From: a virus
Virus record (IMG/VR): IMGVR_UViG_3300034284_002648
Location: 1 to 64,000 of that record
Length of the DNA: 64,000 nucleotides
Strand: one strand, 5' to 3'
Shown piece by piece: positions 45,801 to 54,698 of the stretch (the stretch's first letter is position 1; the number at the start of each line of letters is the position of its first letter). The notes under the pieces were generated by a model that was not told where the DNA came from, ran no database searches, and was given only the letters and a program-made list of their open reading frames with translations. A program made the position numbers and the translations under genes.

Positions 45801-48800
45801 CTAGACCAAGTAGTTATTATGGCATGGTTTCATCTTCCCCGTTTCCGTCAGCAGAAACAGGAGTAAATAATTACATCAATGCTTTAATTAGTCAGCATCC
45901 ATCGGACACTATTATTCTATTAAATAAAGAACATATTAAACAATATGGTAGTGAATTTGTTTTAAGATTTTCTGATTATGCTGATCCTCACACCTTTGGA
46001 AATCCAACTAATGGAGGCACAGAAATAAGTCATAGTGCATTACTGAATAATGGGTTATCAGACGGTGGCGTTATCCACCCATCGTTTAAGCCAGATGGGT
46101 ACACTGACCAACAAGCACAACTTTATAGAGAAATATTAAACAACTATAATGTATGCATCATAAATAACAAATTTAGAAAATGGTATGGGTCTCAACTCAT
46201 TGGAAGCAAATTTGTTTTAGAGGTTGAATTAGTTAATAAATATACCAAAAATAATTATGGAAACATTAAAGACTTGCACCTTAAAAATAATAAGGAGTAT
46301 GATCTTTTAAAATCTAATATTGCTAGAAATTCTATATGTAATTGGGAATTAATCATAGACACATACAAGACCACGGATGCTGCACACAGGAAAGAGCAAA
46401 GATTAAATATCAACCACCCGGCGGCTGAACATATAGATTATACCAGAACAGATACGTCTGTTAATGCAACAGGATCATCATATTCTGATGGATATAACTT
46501 TTTAGGTGATTTCACAGATAGAAAATTCATGATCCCACCGGTCAATATGAATGCTCCACACCAATATCTAATAGACTATAACTCTTGTGTCTATCCTGAT
46601 AGAACTTTAAATAATTTTGGTTTTTCTAGACTGGAAGAGAATGGACTAAGATATATCTATCAGGCATTTAATTTATTCTCTATGGGTATTGGGGCTGCGG
46701 TTGGTTTTGCTGCTGCTGGAGGATTAACTGGGGCATTTGTGGGAGGAACGCTTTTTGGAACAGCCTCTTCTTTAGCAGTTAGTTCTATTGTAAATTATTT
46801 TGGTAGTCTAAGAAGAACTAGACTTGTAGATGCATATGATAACAGTTTTTATGACCCATATTATGATGATTATGGGTATGGTGTTCCAGATAGAGCACTG
46901 GTAGAGATATCTACAGACGGTGGATACAAATGGTATACTTTTGATGCAAAAATATTCAAATATAATCAAACTTGCTCTCCCATCTATAAACCTTTAACTG
47001 TAACATATACAGGAGCAGGAGATTCGTCAAAAGATACGTGTTCAAAATTAAGCGTCAGCACAGCGCCAGATACACCGTCAGAATCTGACCCCATTAAAAT
47101 TGATCCAGATACTTTCTATATGCCTGAATCTTTTATTTTTACAGGCAAATATATAAAAGCTAAAGAATTGTATATTAGAAAAAATATCAAACTATTAGAT
47201 AGTAGACCAAATATATCGAATATATCTAACTTATTTATTGGACAAAATACATATGACAAAGATAGTACGGTATGTATAGAATTACCAAATGTAAAACCAT
47301 TCTATTATCTTAAGAGTGGTACTACAACTATTTCTGAATCTATAGATCTTATACATTACGATAGTACTGGCTTTGGTTATAGAAATAAAAGAACTATTAC
47401 AGCTAATAACATTGCTGTTTTAAACAAAGACAATCAATATAATACATATATCTTATTAAATGATCTAGATTTTAAAAATAAATTAGAAAAATATCCTAAT
47501 ACAAAAATTATAGCACAAAAAACTAATGCTAGTAATAGATTAGCCGTCATACTGAATAATGGAGGTAATTATTTAACATTAGCTTCTATTAAAAATAATA
47601 GTTCAAATATTTTTACTCCAGATTATACAATGCCGGTTTATGGTGAGGGTGCTTGGGGAAGAGGAACTGCTTCTATACAGTTAATGCCAGCTAAAAAAAT
47701 AGCCTTTGCTGCTGATTACGATTTGTCAAATTATGCTATAGGATATAGTCACAATAGATATGTTGGAAGACTACATATAAAAGGTCCAACAAGCAGCAGT
47801 GTTGTTAGTACAAGTTATTTGAATATAGGATTATTCGATAATGTTAATGGATGGCCACTGTATAAAAATCTAGATAAGTATAATTTATATCCTAATTTAA
47901 GCGATAATACAAATTATCCGTATAAGGGCATAAGTGATCTTAACTCAATTTTTTGTCTATATACTAATACCGAAATTAGTGGTTTAAAAAATTCTGAACT
48001 CAATTATGGTGGTTCAATAACCCTATTGGATCATCTTATACAGGCTCCAGTTGGATCTAATGAGAACGCTAATCTAGCTGGATATCGTGTAGAAGCCATA
48101 TATAGTGCTAATCAGATAGAGGGCAGTAGTTGCTGGGGAGGTCATTATTGTGATAGGGCTAAATTTAATATTTATATTAATGGGGTTTTCTTATTTGTTG
48201 CCAATTTAAACAATGAAACACAGGGTTCTGCACCTAATCCTCCATTAGATAATGGAGTAGGACTTGATTCATCTGATAGATACGCATTTCATATTATAAC
48301 AGAAGAAGAAGCTAGTGAAATAGCAAGAGTAAGCACTGAAGATATAACAATATCATATTCACCAACAGCAGACAATACCAATCCACACAGTAATATTACA
48401 TGGATCAGGGTTTTGACACCAGAGGGACAAGAAGTTACTAGTACTTGTGCCGATAATACAGGACTATCAACTAAAATTCTACCATATGACGATAATAAAT
48501 ATTGGATAAGTATAGATAAAGATCAATATGGTAGCTATAGCAGAACTACATCTATTAAAGTTTTAGATAAAATAGAATACTCTTGTAGTGAACCTAGAAC
48601 TATGCCGGGTGGATTAAATTGTAAAAATATTTGTGGTATTTCTAGGAACTATGGATCAACCATAGGGGTGGGAGATGACGGTGTAACATGGACACCTAAT
48701 ATTACAACACCTTTAGAGATTATGAAGGTTCAAGCTAAATCAACAGCTTTTGATCAAATAATCGCACAATCAGACACTCCTGCAACAGCAATATTTACAA

Positions 48801-49633
48801 ATGTACAAGCTGATGCCCATAAAGCTGCAATAGCCACCAAATATCCTCAAGTTCAGTGGACAAAATTAATTATTTCCAGGCCAGATGTTAGAGTATCTTG
48901 TGGTAATAGCAATGGAGATACAGTAATGTTTATTAAAGAACATTATTGGATACCTAAAAATACAGATGGAGATTCTAGTAGCTATGCTACTTTAGGAGTA
49001 AAAGCTTCAACAATATTAGATTCAGCTTCTAATATAATGGTTAGATTTAGATATAATACAAGAAAATTGCGACATGTAGATAATTTCTTGAAGAAATATA
49101 TTATTTCTCCAAATGGTAGCGTGGCCTATGGTGGCATAGGGGGTACTGATGAACTACCAATTAAGAATAGTTTTTATTCATGGTTTTGCAACTATATAGA
49201 TAGAGGAACCAATACTTTGAATACTGTTGTGCCTCCATACTATATGATGTTGAACGAAATGATTTTTAGAGGATTTTTCGGTAGTGCTGATGGTTTGGAA
49301 TTTAAGACATCAACTCTTAAAACCCAATATCCTCACGAATGGATTCCATATGAATACGACAATTCCATCACTTGCAATAATTCTGAATTTGAAGATAGCG
49401 TATTTATAGCAGGATTGCATAATTTAGATAAGTTAGGATATAGATTAAGATGTTGGCTGTTATCCAAATTAGTCGATACGCCATATGATAAGAAGAAGAT
49501 AGTATCAAGATGTTTGGCCTATATGCAGAATCTTGGTGGTCCTGGAATAGTACCAGATAAAAAAACTTTTGATAGGTTGTACGAAACTAAAGATCCTCAA
49601 CTTAATACTTTAAGACAAACATTTATGGGTTAG
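42809..49633 (+). CDS. Giant structural protein with a P-domain-like region, a Gly/Ala hydrophobic segment and an HxC...NPH domain
   Basis: 2274 aa. IKDIEVKLNF...DIKLTL...NWELII resembles a proprotein-convertase P-domain with insertions. 48080-48450 is homologous to the N-terminus of the 8503 protein. Confidence 0.5.
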   Translation: MINKDYGSCNLFKTEIYDNLQPFYIYYDNGGSLSSRFGTSSQSLYINNMSQMTQLIDSSVEEEVWAPAFAYAASTTQMPYLEGAANRKPVLGFNQFFVLSNPSFKDMSIENNIKVGVDWFLNDVLNSDITPNNGVMFWYKKRGERSSTSTLENMAVGEWIYASTAFNVKSINNKTLSIPAGQICVKLNNKELQVLPINKITKGNQQISRAIYLHKSVASDPEPYNPLGTQNNIYEPTKINLETSTNKPSSWSLYEDYNYLNVNGSYYSIHISEGDYFSYFNSSNQTDHFLSFNLMPIYRTIYNNLLNITGLSSLSSQQAKKLRELAYVLATGPQNDKVTFNVNGYNPTSYISSITSYINSSTYSVTDVQNICKNIYKEIKDLEKNRTYNTSLVPYKINLSDLNDNFSKVPNDIFHKLVSKYGLYLRLAGDNAKITVNKLLRWKESKKSNNYVGGPNISIDARFIYWTSNRDITNEAVSRPTPGNVGHPYYDQHIQAGPMKIETDVGNQVVYFKSVETGSEQATIKAGIIKPSQNPRINTSESSYLLLPEIKYCMFYKQGGFKIISSTCYIDENVGQASMYNGKLDGKPIFLKIDKLSSKWNSGTNKEYNFDNSDPDEYKKPSIKFKIYNSNDVIKIDSLYINFIRYKEDTLCQCESFYKEIINRSENYTKEIGVNRFLGIDIFEQTPKRVGFGRAGYCDNVYLGRVKNMVAGVEIEETSSAGVPGVSTRFAPPILAYGGYDASIVSELGVKLPSHPMPGEKLPTLNTRNPNYIDETKCYERSGFVQDSSYFTHTSDNSSSDNLIGSTVFEKGFFHPHKGWISEANSLYNNFKNKTAVTSYKPHKKSRFVFKGVGFLFDSDLSYSSTISINKGSQKTTIDEFSPQTAIRDIGSFLSKYSSEYITEECIPYKGKRDENGKFINNTEQFKDNSCDNNYQPKVEHLIYPLKDAATGVEIVPTADIDNLRIKDIEVKLNFINFDNIQDIKLTLKYTGTAGTDTRPSSYYGMVSSSPFPSAETGVNNYINALISQHPSDTIILLNKEHIKQYGSEFVLRFSDYADPHTFGNPTNGGTEISHSALLNNGLSDGGVIHPSFKPDGYTDQQAQLYREILNNYNVCIINNKFRKWYGSQLIGSKFVLEVELVNKYTKNNYGNIKDLHLKNNKEYDLLKSNIARNSICNWELIIDTYKTTDAAHRKEQRLNINHPAAEHIDYTRTDTSVNATGSSYSDGYNFLGDFTDRKFMIPPVNMNAPHQYLIDYNSCVYPDRTLNNFGFSRLEENGLRYIYQAFNLFSMGIGAAVGFAAAGGLTGAFVGGTLFGTASSLAVSSIVNYFGSLRRTRLVDAYDNSFYDPYYDDYGYGVPDRALVEISTDGGYKWYTFDAKIFKYNQTCSPIYKPLTVTYTGAGDSSKDTCSKLSVSTAPDTPSESDPIKIDPDTFYMPESFIFTGKYIKAKELYIRKNIKLLDSRPNISNISNLFIGQNTYDKDSTVCIELPNVKPFYYLKSGTTTISESIDLIHYDSTGFGYRNKRTITANNIAVLNKDNQYNTYILLNDLDFKNKLEKYPNTKIIAQKTNASNRLAVILNNGGNYLTLASIKNNSSNIFTPDYTMPVYGEGAWGRGTASIQLMPAKKIAFAADYDLSNYAIGYSHNRYVGRLHIKGPTSSSVVSTSYLNIGLFDNVNGWPLYKNLDKYNLYPNLSDNTNYPYKGISDLNSIFCLYTNTEISGLKNSELNYGGSITLLDHLIQAPVGSNENANLAGYRVEAIYSANQIEGSSCWGGHYCDRAKFNIYINGVFLFVANLNNETQGSAPNPPLDNGVGLDSSDRYAFHIITEEEASEIARVSTEDITISYSPTADNTNPHSNITWIRVLTPEGQEVTSTCADNTGLSTKILPYDDNKYWISIDKDQYGSYSRTTSIKVLDKIEYSCSEPRTMPGGLNCKNICGISRNYGSTIGVGDDGVTWTPNITTPLEIMKVQAKSTAFDQIIAQSDTPATAIFTNVQADAHKAAIATKYPQVQWTKLIISRPDVRVSCGNSNGDTVMFIKEHYWIPKNTDGDSSSYATLGVKASTILDSASNIMVRFRYNTRKLRHVDNFLKKYIISPNGSVAYGGIGGTDELPIKNSFYSWFCNYIDRGTNTLNTVVPPYYMMLNEMIFRGFFGSADGLEFKTSTLKTQYPHEWIPYEYDNSITCNNSEFEDSVFIAGLHNLDKLGYRLRCWLLSKLVDTPYDKKKIVSRCLAYMQNLGGPGIVPDKKTFDRLYETKDPQLNTLRQTFMG

Positions 49634-49640
49634 TTAATAG

Positions 49641-51326
49641 ATGTCCACTCCAACACCAACTAAAACCATAACTAGTACGCCTACTAATACCAGAACACCT
49701 AGTAAAACACCAACAAATACCGTAACTAGTACTCACACATCAACTGCTACTCCAACCTGTACTTCTACAAATACTCCCACACCAAGTATAACAAATACTG
49801 CTACAGGTACATCTACACCTACTCCAACTAATACTCGTAGTGTTACTCCAACTAGAACACCTTCTAGGACGCCTACAAAAACACCTACATCAACACCAAC
49901 CCAAACGCCTACAGCTACGCCCACCCCAACAAACACCAAGACGCCAACAAGAACACTTACTTCAACCCCCACTAATACGACTACCCCATCAAATACTTGT
50001 ACTAATTCTGCTACTCCAACAAATACATCGACAACCAATAAAGTTTATATTTGCACCACTCGTACCAATACTCCAACAGCATCATCTACATCAACTGTTA
50101 CGCCAACACCAACCCCATCGATTACAGCCAGTAATAGTCCAACACCATCGGTAACAGCTACTAATACTAGAACTCCATCCAGAACCCCAACTAATACTCC
50201 AACTAATTCTCCTACTAATACAGTAACTAATTCCCCTACCTCTAGCATAACTCCAAGCATTACTCCTTCTATAACAACAACAAATACGCCTAGTCCTACC
50301 AATTTACCAATTCAATATTTTACTGGTCCTAAATTAGCTGAAGGAGAGACCACCCTACAATATAAAGGAAAATTTGTATTTACTGCTGGTCCAGATAGTT
50401 CTGGTATTGTTCAATGGGTTGGTAGTAGTCTAAGGGGTAGTGGTAAATTGCTTGCATTAGATTCTAACAATGCTGTTACTAATATAGAACTATCTAAAGA
50501 ATATGGCGTTATCAATGAATCCATTACTATTGTTCCTTCAGAAACTACAGAAGACTGTACCGATGGTGAAGGTCCAGGATGTTATGCGGTAGAACTTAGG
50601 TGGCCAGTTAAATGTCAGCCAGTAGGTGAATTATTAATACCATTTACTGTTGAGAGGGCTGTCCCTCCTCCGACACCTAGCATTTCTGTAACACCAACAA
50701 TAACAACATCATTATCACCATCTGTTACAAAAACAAATACTCCAAGTATTAGCCCAAGTATTAGTTTGACTCCTAGTAATACTCCATCTAATAGTCCAAC
50801 TTGTACACCCACGAAAACTAGTACTCCCACTATGTCAAATACTAGGACTAACACACCCACCCCAACACAGACTGCTAGTTCTACTTGTACTCCAACTCCA
50901 ACCGAGACGCCCTATTTTAATTGTGAACTACAAGAAGCCCCATATCCAGACCCAATTGTATATGATGATATAACTCAAGATCTAGTTATATTCGGAGATG
51001 TAAATTTTAGCACACCCACACCGACTAGTACTATAACATCGACTATAACAGCAACACCCACGCTCACTAAATCTCCCACACCATCAAATACCAGTACCCC
51101 ACCTGTTACTAGAACAGCAACACCAACGCCGACACCCACCAAAACCGGTACTCCTGCCCCAACTCATACTAGAACGCCAACAAAAACACCAACCCAAACA
51201 CCTAGCAATACTTCTAGCTTAACTCCAACAAGAACATGCACACCTACGAATAGCGTAACTAGAACTCCTACCAGAACACCCACTACTACAACAACTAAAA
51301 CGCCAACGCCAACTAAGACAGTATAA
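49641..51326 (+). CDS. Mucin-like Thr/Pro/Ser-rich protein with one central globular domain
   Basis: 561 aa, mostly T/P/S/N tracts; non-repetitive region at ~50315-50660. Confidence 0.7.
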   Translation: MSTPTPTKTITSTPTNTRTPSKTPTNTVTSTHTSTATPTCTSTNTPTPSITNTATGTSTPTPTNTRSVTPTRTPSRTPTKTPTSTPTQTPTATPTPTNTKTPTRTLTSTPTNTTTPSNTCTNSATPTNTSTTNKVYICTTRTNTPTASSTSTVTPTPTPSITASNSPTPSVTATNTRTPSRTPTNTPTNSPTNTVTNSPTSSITPSITPSITTTNTPSPTNLPIQYFTGPKLAEGETTLQYKGKFVFTAGPDSSGIVQWVGSSLRGSGKLLALDSNNAVTNIELSKEYGVINESITIVPSETTEDCTDGEGPGCYAVELRWPVKCQPVGELLIPFTVERAVPPPTPSISVTPTITTSLSPSVTKTNTPSISPSISLTPSNTPSNSPTCTPTKTSTPTMSNTRTNTPTPTQTASSTCTPTPTETPYFNCELQEAPYPDPIVYDDITQDLVIFGDVNFSTPTPTSTITSTITATPTLTKSPTPSNTSTPPVTRTATPTPTPTKTGTPAPTHTRTPTKTPTQTPSNTSSLTPTRTCTPTNSVTRTPTRTPTTTTTKTPTPTKTV

Positions 51327-51343
51327 ATAGGAGAGATTTAATT

Positions 51344-51763
51344 ATGGAAATAAATATAGATTTATTAGATATATTTTGTGAATTTGAACATAAAGACGAT
51401 AATACTTATGTGTGCAAATTATGCAATAATAGAATGTCTTATGTTTCTAAGGATGGTGAGATTCCTAAAATACCATGCGTAACAAAGTTATCCAAACCCA
51501 TTCCTGTTCCGAAAGTTCAACATCAACAACCAGCTTTACACAAGAAGATTTTTAATTTTATTGTTGCAGTATATAATCATATACGTAATGGTGGTAAGAG
51601 AACCACGCTAGAAGAAAGAACCAAGCGATTGAACATATGCACTGGATGCGAATACTATGATGGTATAGCATGTACCAAATGCGGATGTCCAATCACTAGG
51701 TATCAACAATATATTAGTAAGCTAGACTGGAAAGATCAAAAGTGTCCAATCGGTAAGTGGTAA
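51344..51763 (+). CDS. Cys-rich DUF6171-like protein
   Basis: The C-terminal RLNICTGCEY...CTKCGC...K......CPIGKW pattern; SD AGGAG; last gene of the + arm. Confidence 0.6.
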   Translation: MEINIDLLDIFCEFEHKDDNTYVCKLCNNRMSYVSKDGEIPKIPCVTKLSKPIPVPKVQHQQPALHKKIFNFIVAVYNHIRNGGKRTTLEERTKRLNICTGCEYYDGIACTKCGCPITRYQQYISKLDWKDQKCPIGKW

Positions 51764-51768
51764 TATGA

Positions 51769-52113
51769 TTACTTTTTCTTACCTTTATTATCAGACTCTT
51801 CTTTCTGCCACTTATGCCAGCCTTTATTAGGTAGCCAATTCCCTTCATCGTCTTTTCTCTTCGGAAAAAGAGTACCACCCTTTTTATGCTGACCAAATGC
51901 TAGAACGGCACCGCAATCATTGCATCGTAATTCATAGTAGTCATTACTGTCTACATTTCTAACCACGAATCTTAAATTGGTGCTTCCACATAGTCCACAC
52001 TTTTCTTCAGCGAAAATTTCCTGAATAGTGGCTAGTTCCTTAAAGATTTCCTTTTGACCAGATCCCTCTAGTTCGAACTCTAGTCTATCTCCTACTTTGT
52101 ACTTAACTTTCAT
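51769..52113 (-). CDS. Zn-ribbon hypothetical protein
   Basis: CGLC...CNDC; SD GAGGTG overlaps the upstream stop. Confidence 0.7.
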   Translation of the reverse strand: MKVKYKVGDRLEFELEGSGQKEIFKELATIQEIFAEEKCGLCGSTNLRFVVRNVDSNDYYELRCNDCGAVLAFGQHKKGGTLFPKRKDDEGNWLPNKGWHKWQKEESDNKGKKK

Positions 52114-52121
52114 TTTTCACC

Positions 52122-52835
52122 TCATGGTTTCCAATTTTCTGAATATCCCAAAAGACTTTCTGGAATATCAGAAATGTTTTGTTGATGTTTAGATAACTCT
52201 CTTATAATAGAGACAGCATCATCATGCATCAAGCTCTTAACATTATTTTCATTGAATCCAAGTTTATTAATTAGTGATAATGTATTAATATTTAAGCGTT
52301 TTGACATAACGTCTATAAAGTTAATTTGATTATTACTGATTTTACTAACACTATCACCAGTAGGATCATCTTCAAGATTTGTGGCCAATTCTTCCGCAGC
52401 CACTACTTTTCTTAGCTTTAGAGCCCTTCTTAATGCTCTACCTTCAGCCCTAGTTTCTGCAACGGCAACCGGATGATTTCGATAAGTTTTATCGCAATTA
52501 CCCCAATAAACGTCTGCCGCCCCGCTTACTGTACGACAACGGTTTAAATCATCGGTCTCGACACCCTTATCATTTAAAACGTAGCTTATGGTGTGTACCA
52601 CGGTGGCTCTTTTTTCATTTGAAGGCTCAGGATTCTGTACCACATCGCTGGTAGACTGGATAACAGAACAATTCAGAGCAATCTCAAAAATTCGCCTAAG
52701 TCCATCGGTTGTTGGATTGCCATCAATCTTTTCATCATCAGATAATAGACCTAGAACATAATCATTCCATTCTAAGTCATTTGGCCCAATTTTCTTCGTT
52801 TCAGTAGATTCTACAACTTTCTCTTTTTTGACCAT
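52122..52835 (-). CDS. Rad52/Sak-like single-strand annealing protein (putative)
   Basis: Beta-beta-beta-alpha pattern ending AVAETRAEGRALRRAL; helical C-terminal domain ISNNQINFI; replication-arm context. Confidence 0.55.
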   Translation of the reverse strand: MVKKEKVVESTETKKIGPNDLEWNDYVLGLLSDDEKIDGNPTTDGLRRIFEIALNCSVIQSTSDVVQNPEPSNEKRATVVHTISYVLNDKGVETDDLNRCRTVSGAADVYWGNCDKTYRNHPVAVAETRAEGRALRRALKLRKVVAAEELATNLEDDPTGDSVSKISNNQINFIDVMSKRLNINTLSLINKLGFNENNVKSLMHDDAVSIIRELSKHQQNISDIPESLLGYSENWKP

Positions 52836-52836
52836 T

Positions 52837-53640
52837 TTAGTCTCCTAGTTCTATAATCCTATTATTATTTGATGATTTATTATTTAGTTGATCAAGAGCA
52901 GATCGTAAATCTTGATATATTAAACTTGCTCTAGATTCAGAAAAATCCTTAGTTTGTTTTATCCTTATCAAGCTCCAACCCTTACCCAATATCAAGCCGG
53001 TTTTTTTGTTGTCGTATTTTTGATTTCTTTGTAAAGATTCATCGCCCCAAACAGGCTCGAAATGAGATGGGCCGTCAACTTCTATTGCCGTATTCATTGT
53101 AGGGAGGAAAATGTCTATTTGCAACTTGGTATTTACAAGAACTTGTTCTTTGTGAAATTCAGCTTTGTATCCATCTGATATGAGTGCCTTAAAGAGAAAT
53201 TTCTCTAATTTAGAACCTGTTTTACTAGCATCTCTAACTGCTTGGTTTGCTTTTTTTAGAATGTTATCTTTTGTATTATCGTCTAAAGATTCCCACGCTA
53301 ATCTAGCCTTTTCTTTTCTTTCTTTTATTTCTTTATCAGATAATGAGTCCCAAGATTTTAGAACACCCATACCTATCTTTTGTTTGGTGTCCTCGTCTCG
53401 TTCTTTGCCCTTTGTCGGATGCTTATGCTTACCAGTAGACAAAGCATTTTTTTGAGCCTCAGACTTAGTACGAATATCTATATTGAGCCTTTTGGCATCT
53501 CTCCTTATTTTGTTGGCATATGTGCCATAAATAGCAGCAATATCAGCAAAGCTTTTATTTTGATTAAGATAAAGATCTTTTAATATTTTTTCTTTGTCAC
53601 TATCACTAAGTAGTGAATATGATGTTTTTGAAGTTTTCAT
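52837..53640 (-). CDS. HTH/NUMOD3 plus Vsr/DUF559-like endonuclease (homing-endonuclease architecture)
   Basis: N-terminal HTH SFADIAAIYGT; NUMOD3-like HPTKGKERDEDTKQKIG; nuclease motifs SKLE..IDIFLP..AIEVDGPSH..D..K...GWSLIRI. Confidence 0.75.
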   Translation of the reverse strand: MKTSKTSYSLLSDSDKEKILKDLYLNQNKSFADIAAIYGTYANKIRRDAKRLNIDIRTKSEAQKNALSTGKHKHPTKGKERDEDTKQKIGMGVLKSWDSLSDKEIKERKEKARLAWESLDDNTKDNILKKANQAVRDASKTGSKLEKFLFKALISDGYKAEFHKEQVLVNTKLQIDIFLPTMNTAIEVDGPSHFEPVWGDESLQRNQKYDNKKTGLILGKGWSLIRIKQTKDFSESRASLIYQDLRSALDQLNNKSSNNNRIIELGD

Positions 53641-54079
53641 ATGATAATACTTCCATAACTCCTATTGGTTTTTTGTTCCAGCATCTCTGATATATGTTGT
53701 AAATATTATAGTTTTGTGCAATAACTGAAATTTTTTCATTTTCCGCATAGATATTTCTTAAATCAAAATGATTAACCTGGGCATAATTCATCCATTCTGG
53801 GTGTTGTAGAAAATAATATATCTGGTCTATCCCTGGAAAATTTTTAACTATATCTATAACCTCTAGATCAAAGACAAATAATCTACCTTGCCAAAACTTA
53901 GCTTCCGATAGTGGCAATATAGGCATATTTAATTTATTAGTATTGATACTATTATTATATGTAAAACATAGATATTGATTAACAGGATCATTCTGTATTA
54001 ATTCTAGAAATAAATTATGAAGATTATTGTATATATGATTGTTTGATACTATGAAGCCAATATCTTTATTAATTGCCAT
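53606..54079 (-). CDS. Hypothetical protein, possibly a GT-B N-terminal-like fragment
   Basis: Likely start is the ATG at 54079 (MAINKDIG). The alpha/beta pattern YYFLQHPEW..VIAQN and the operon context are suggestive only. Confidence 0.45.
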   Translation of the reverse strand: MAINKDIGFIVSNNHIYNNLHNLFLELIQNDPVNQYLCFTYNNSINTNKLNMPILPLSEAKFWQGRLFVFDLEVIDIVKNFPGIDQIYYFLQHPEWMNYAQVNHFDLRNIYAENEKISVIAQNYNIYNIYQRCWNKKPIGVMEVLSYENFKNIIFTT

Positions 54080-54698
54080 AAAATTCTTTCTTAATATATT
54101 CATTTATATCTGTGATATTTTGATCATGATGAACACTAGTTACTTCTCCAGAGTCCATATCAATATATGACGCACCACATAATAGACTCTCGTTTTTATA
54201 TATATTATTTTTCCCAACAATATATTTATATGAAGAGAAGATAAATGCCTTTTGATGCTCTAGCAATGTTCCGAGATTCATAGGGTGTTTTATATTGGGA
54301 TTATTAAACATATGAACTACTCTTGTATCACATAATTTTAGAATATTCTCTGGTAATTCATTGATATTATCAAGTAATATAGCGATATCATTACTTTTTT
54401 CCATAGAGTATTTTCTGAAAATTTCAGTATTTACCACATGAAATAAACTATCATTATCTATGATAAAAATGGATTTTTCTTTATCTGTAGCAGCAGTATA
54501 GAATGCTTTGACTTCCATGCTATTAAAATCATGTTCGCTTACACAAATACGATACGGCTGGATAATATCGTAAGCTTTAAAAATTTCTTTCATATCTATA
54601 ACATAGACATCAACATTATTCTTATGGTGATACATTGCTATTTTAAGATTATCAAGAAGTCTGCTATTGCTTTTGGATACAATAATCTTATTATTCAT
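54069..54698 (-). CDS. Hypothetical protein, degenerate glycosyltransferase-like
   Basis: VVNTEIFR and NESLLCGASYI resemble the GT-B 'D...F' and 'EA..CG' motifs; ATGA-coupled to the upstream gene. Confidence 0.4.
   Translation of the reverse strand: MNNKIIVSKSNSRLLDNLKIAMYHHKNNVDVYVIDMKEIFKAYDIIQPYRICVSEHDFNSMEVKAFYTAATDKEKSIFIIDNDSLFHVVNTEIFRKYSMEKSNDIAILLDNINELPENILKLCDTRVVHMFNNPNIKHPMNLGTLLEHQKAFIFSSYKYIVGKNNIYKNESLLCGASYIDMDSGEVTSVHHDQNITDINEYIKKEFYGN

Noticed and set aside
8570-48450. Duplicated domain as a possible DGR template/variable repeat pair
   Set aside because: Similarity is at protein level with indels and changes at all bases, not adenine-specific. No reverse transcriptase is present in the window.
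1861-50860. Many minus-strand Val/Gly-rich ORFs (e.g. 1861-2328, 4415-4879, 13286-13666, 23152-23628, 49733-50038) and alternate-frame Gln/His/Leu-rich ORFs
   Set aside because: These are shadows of the ACN/CCN codons of the Thr/Pro tracts. They lack SD sites and lie wholly within longer genes.
4370-51326. C/A-rich repetitive DNA as a possible CRISPR array or satellite
   Set aside because: There is no constant repeat with unique spacers. The repeats are in-frame, vary at wobble positions and are protein-coding.
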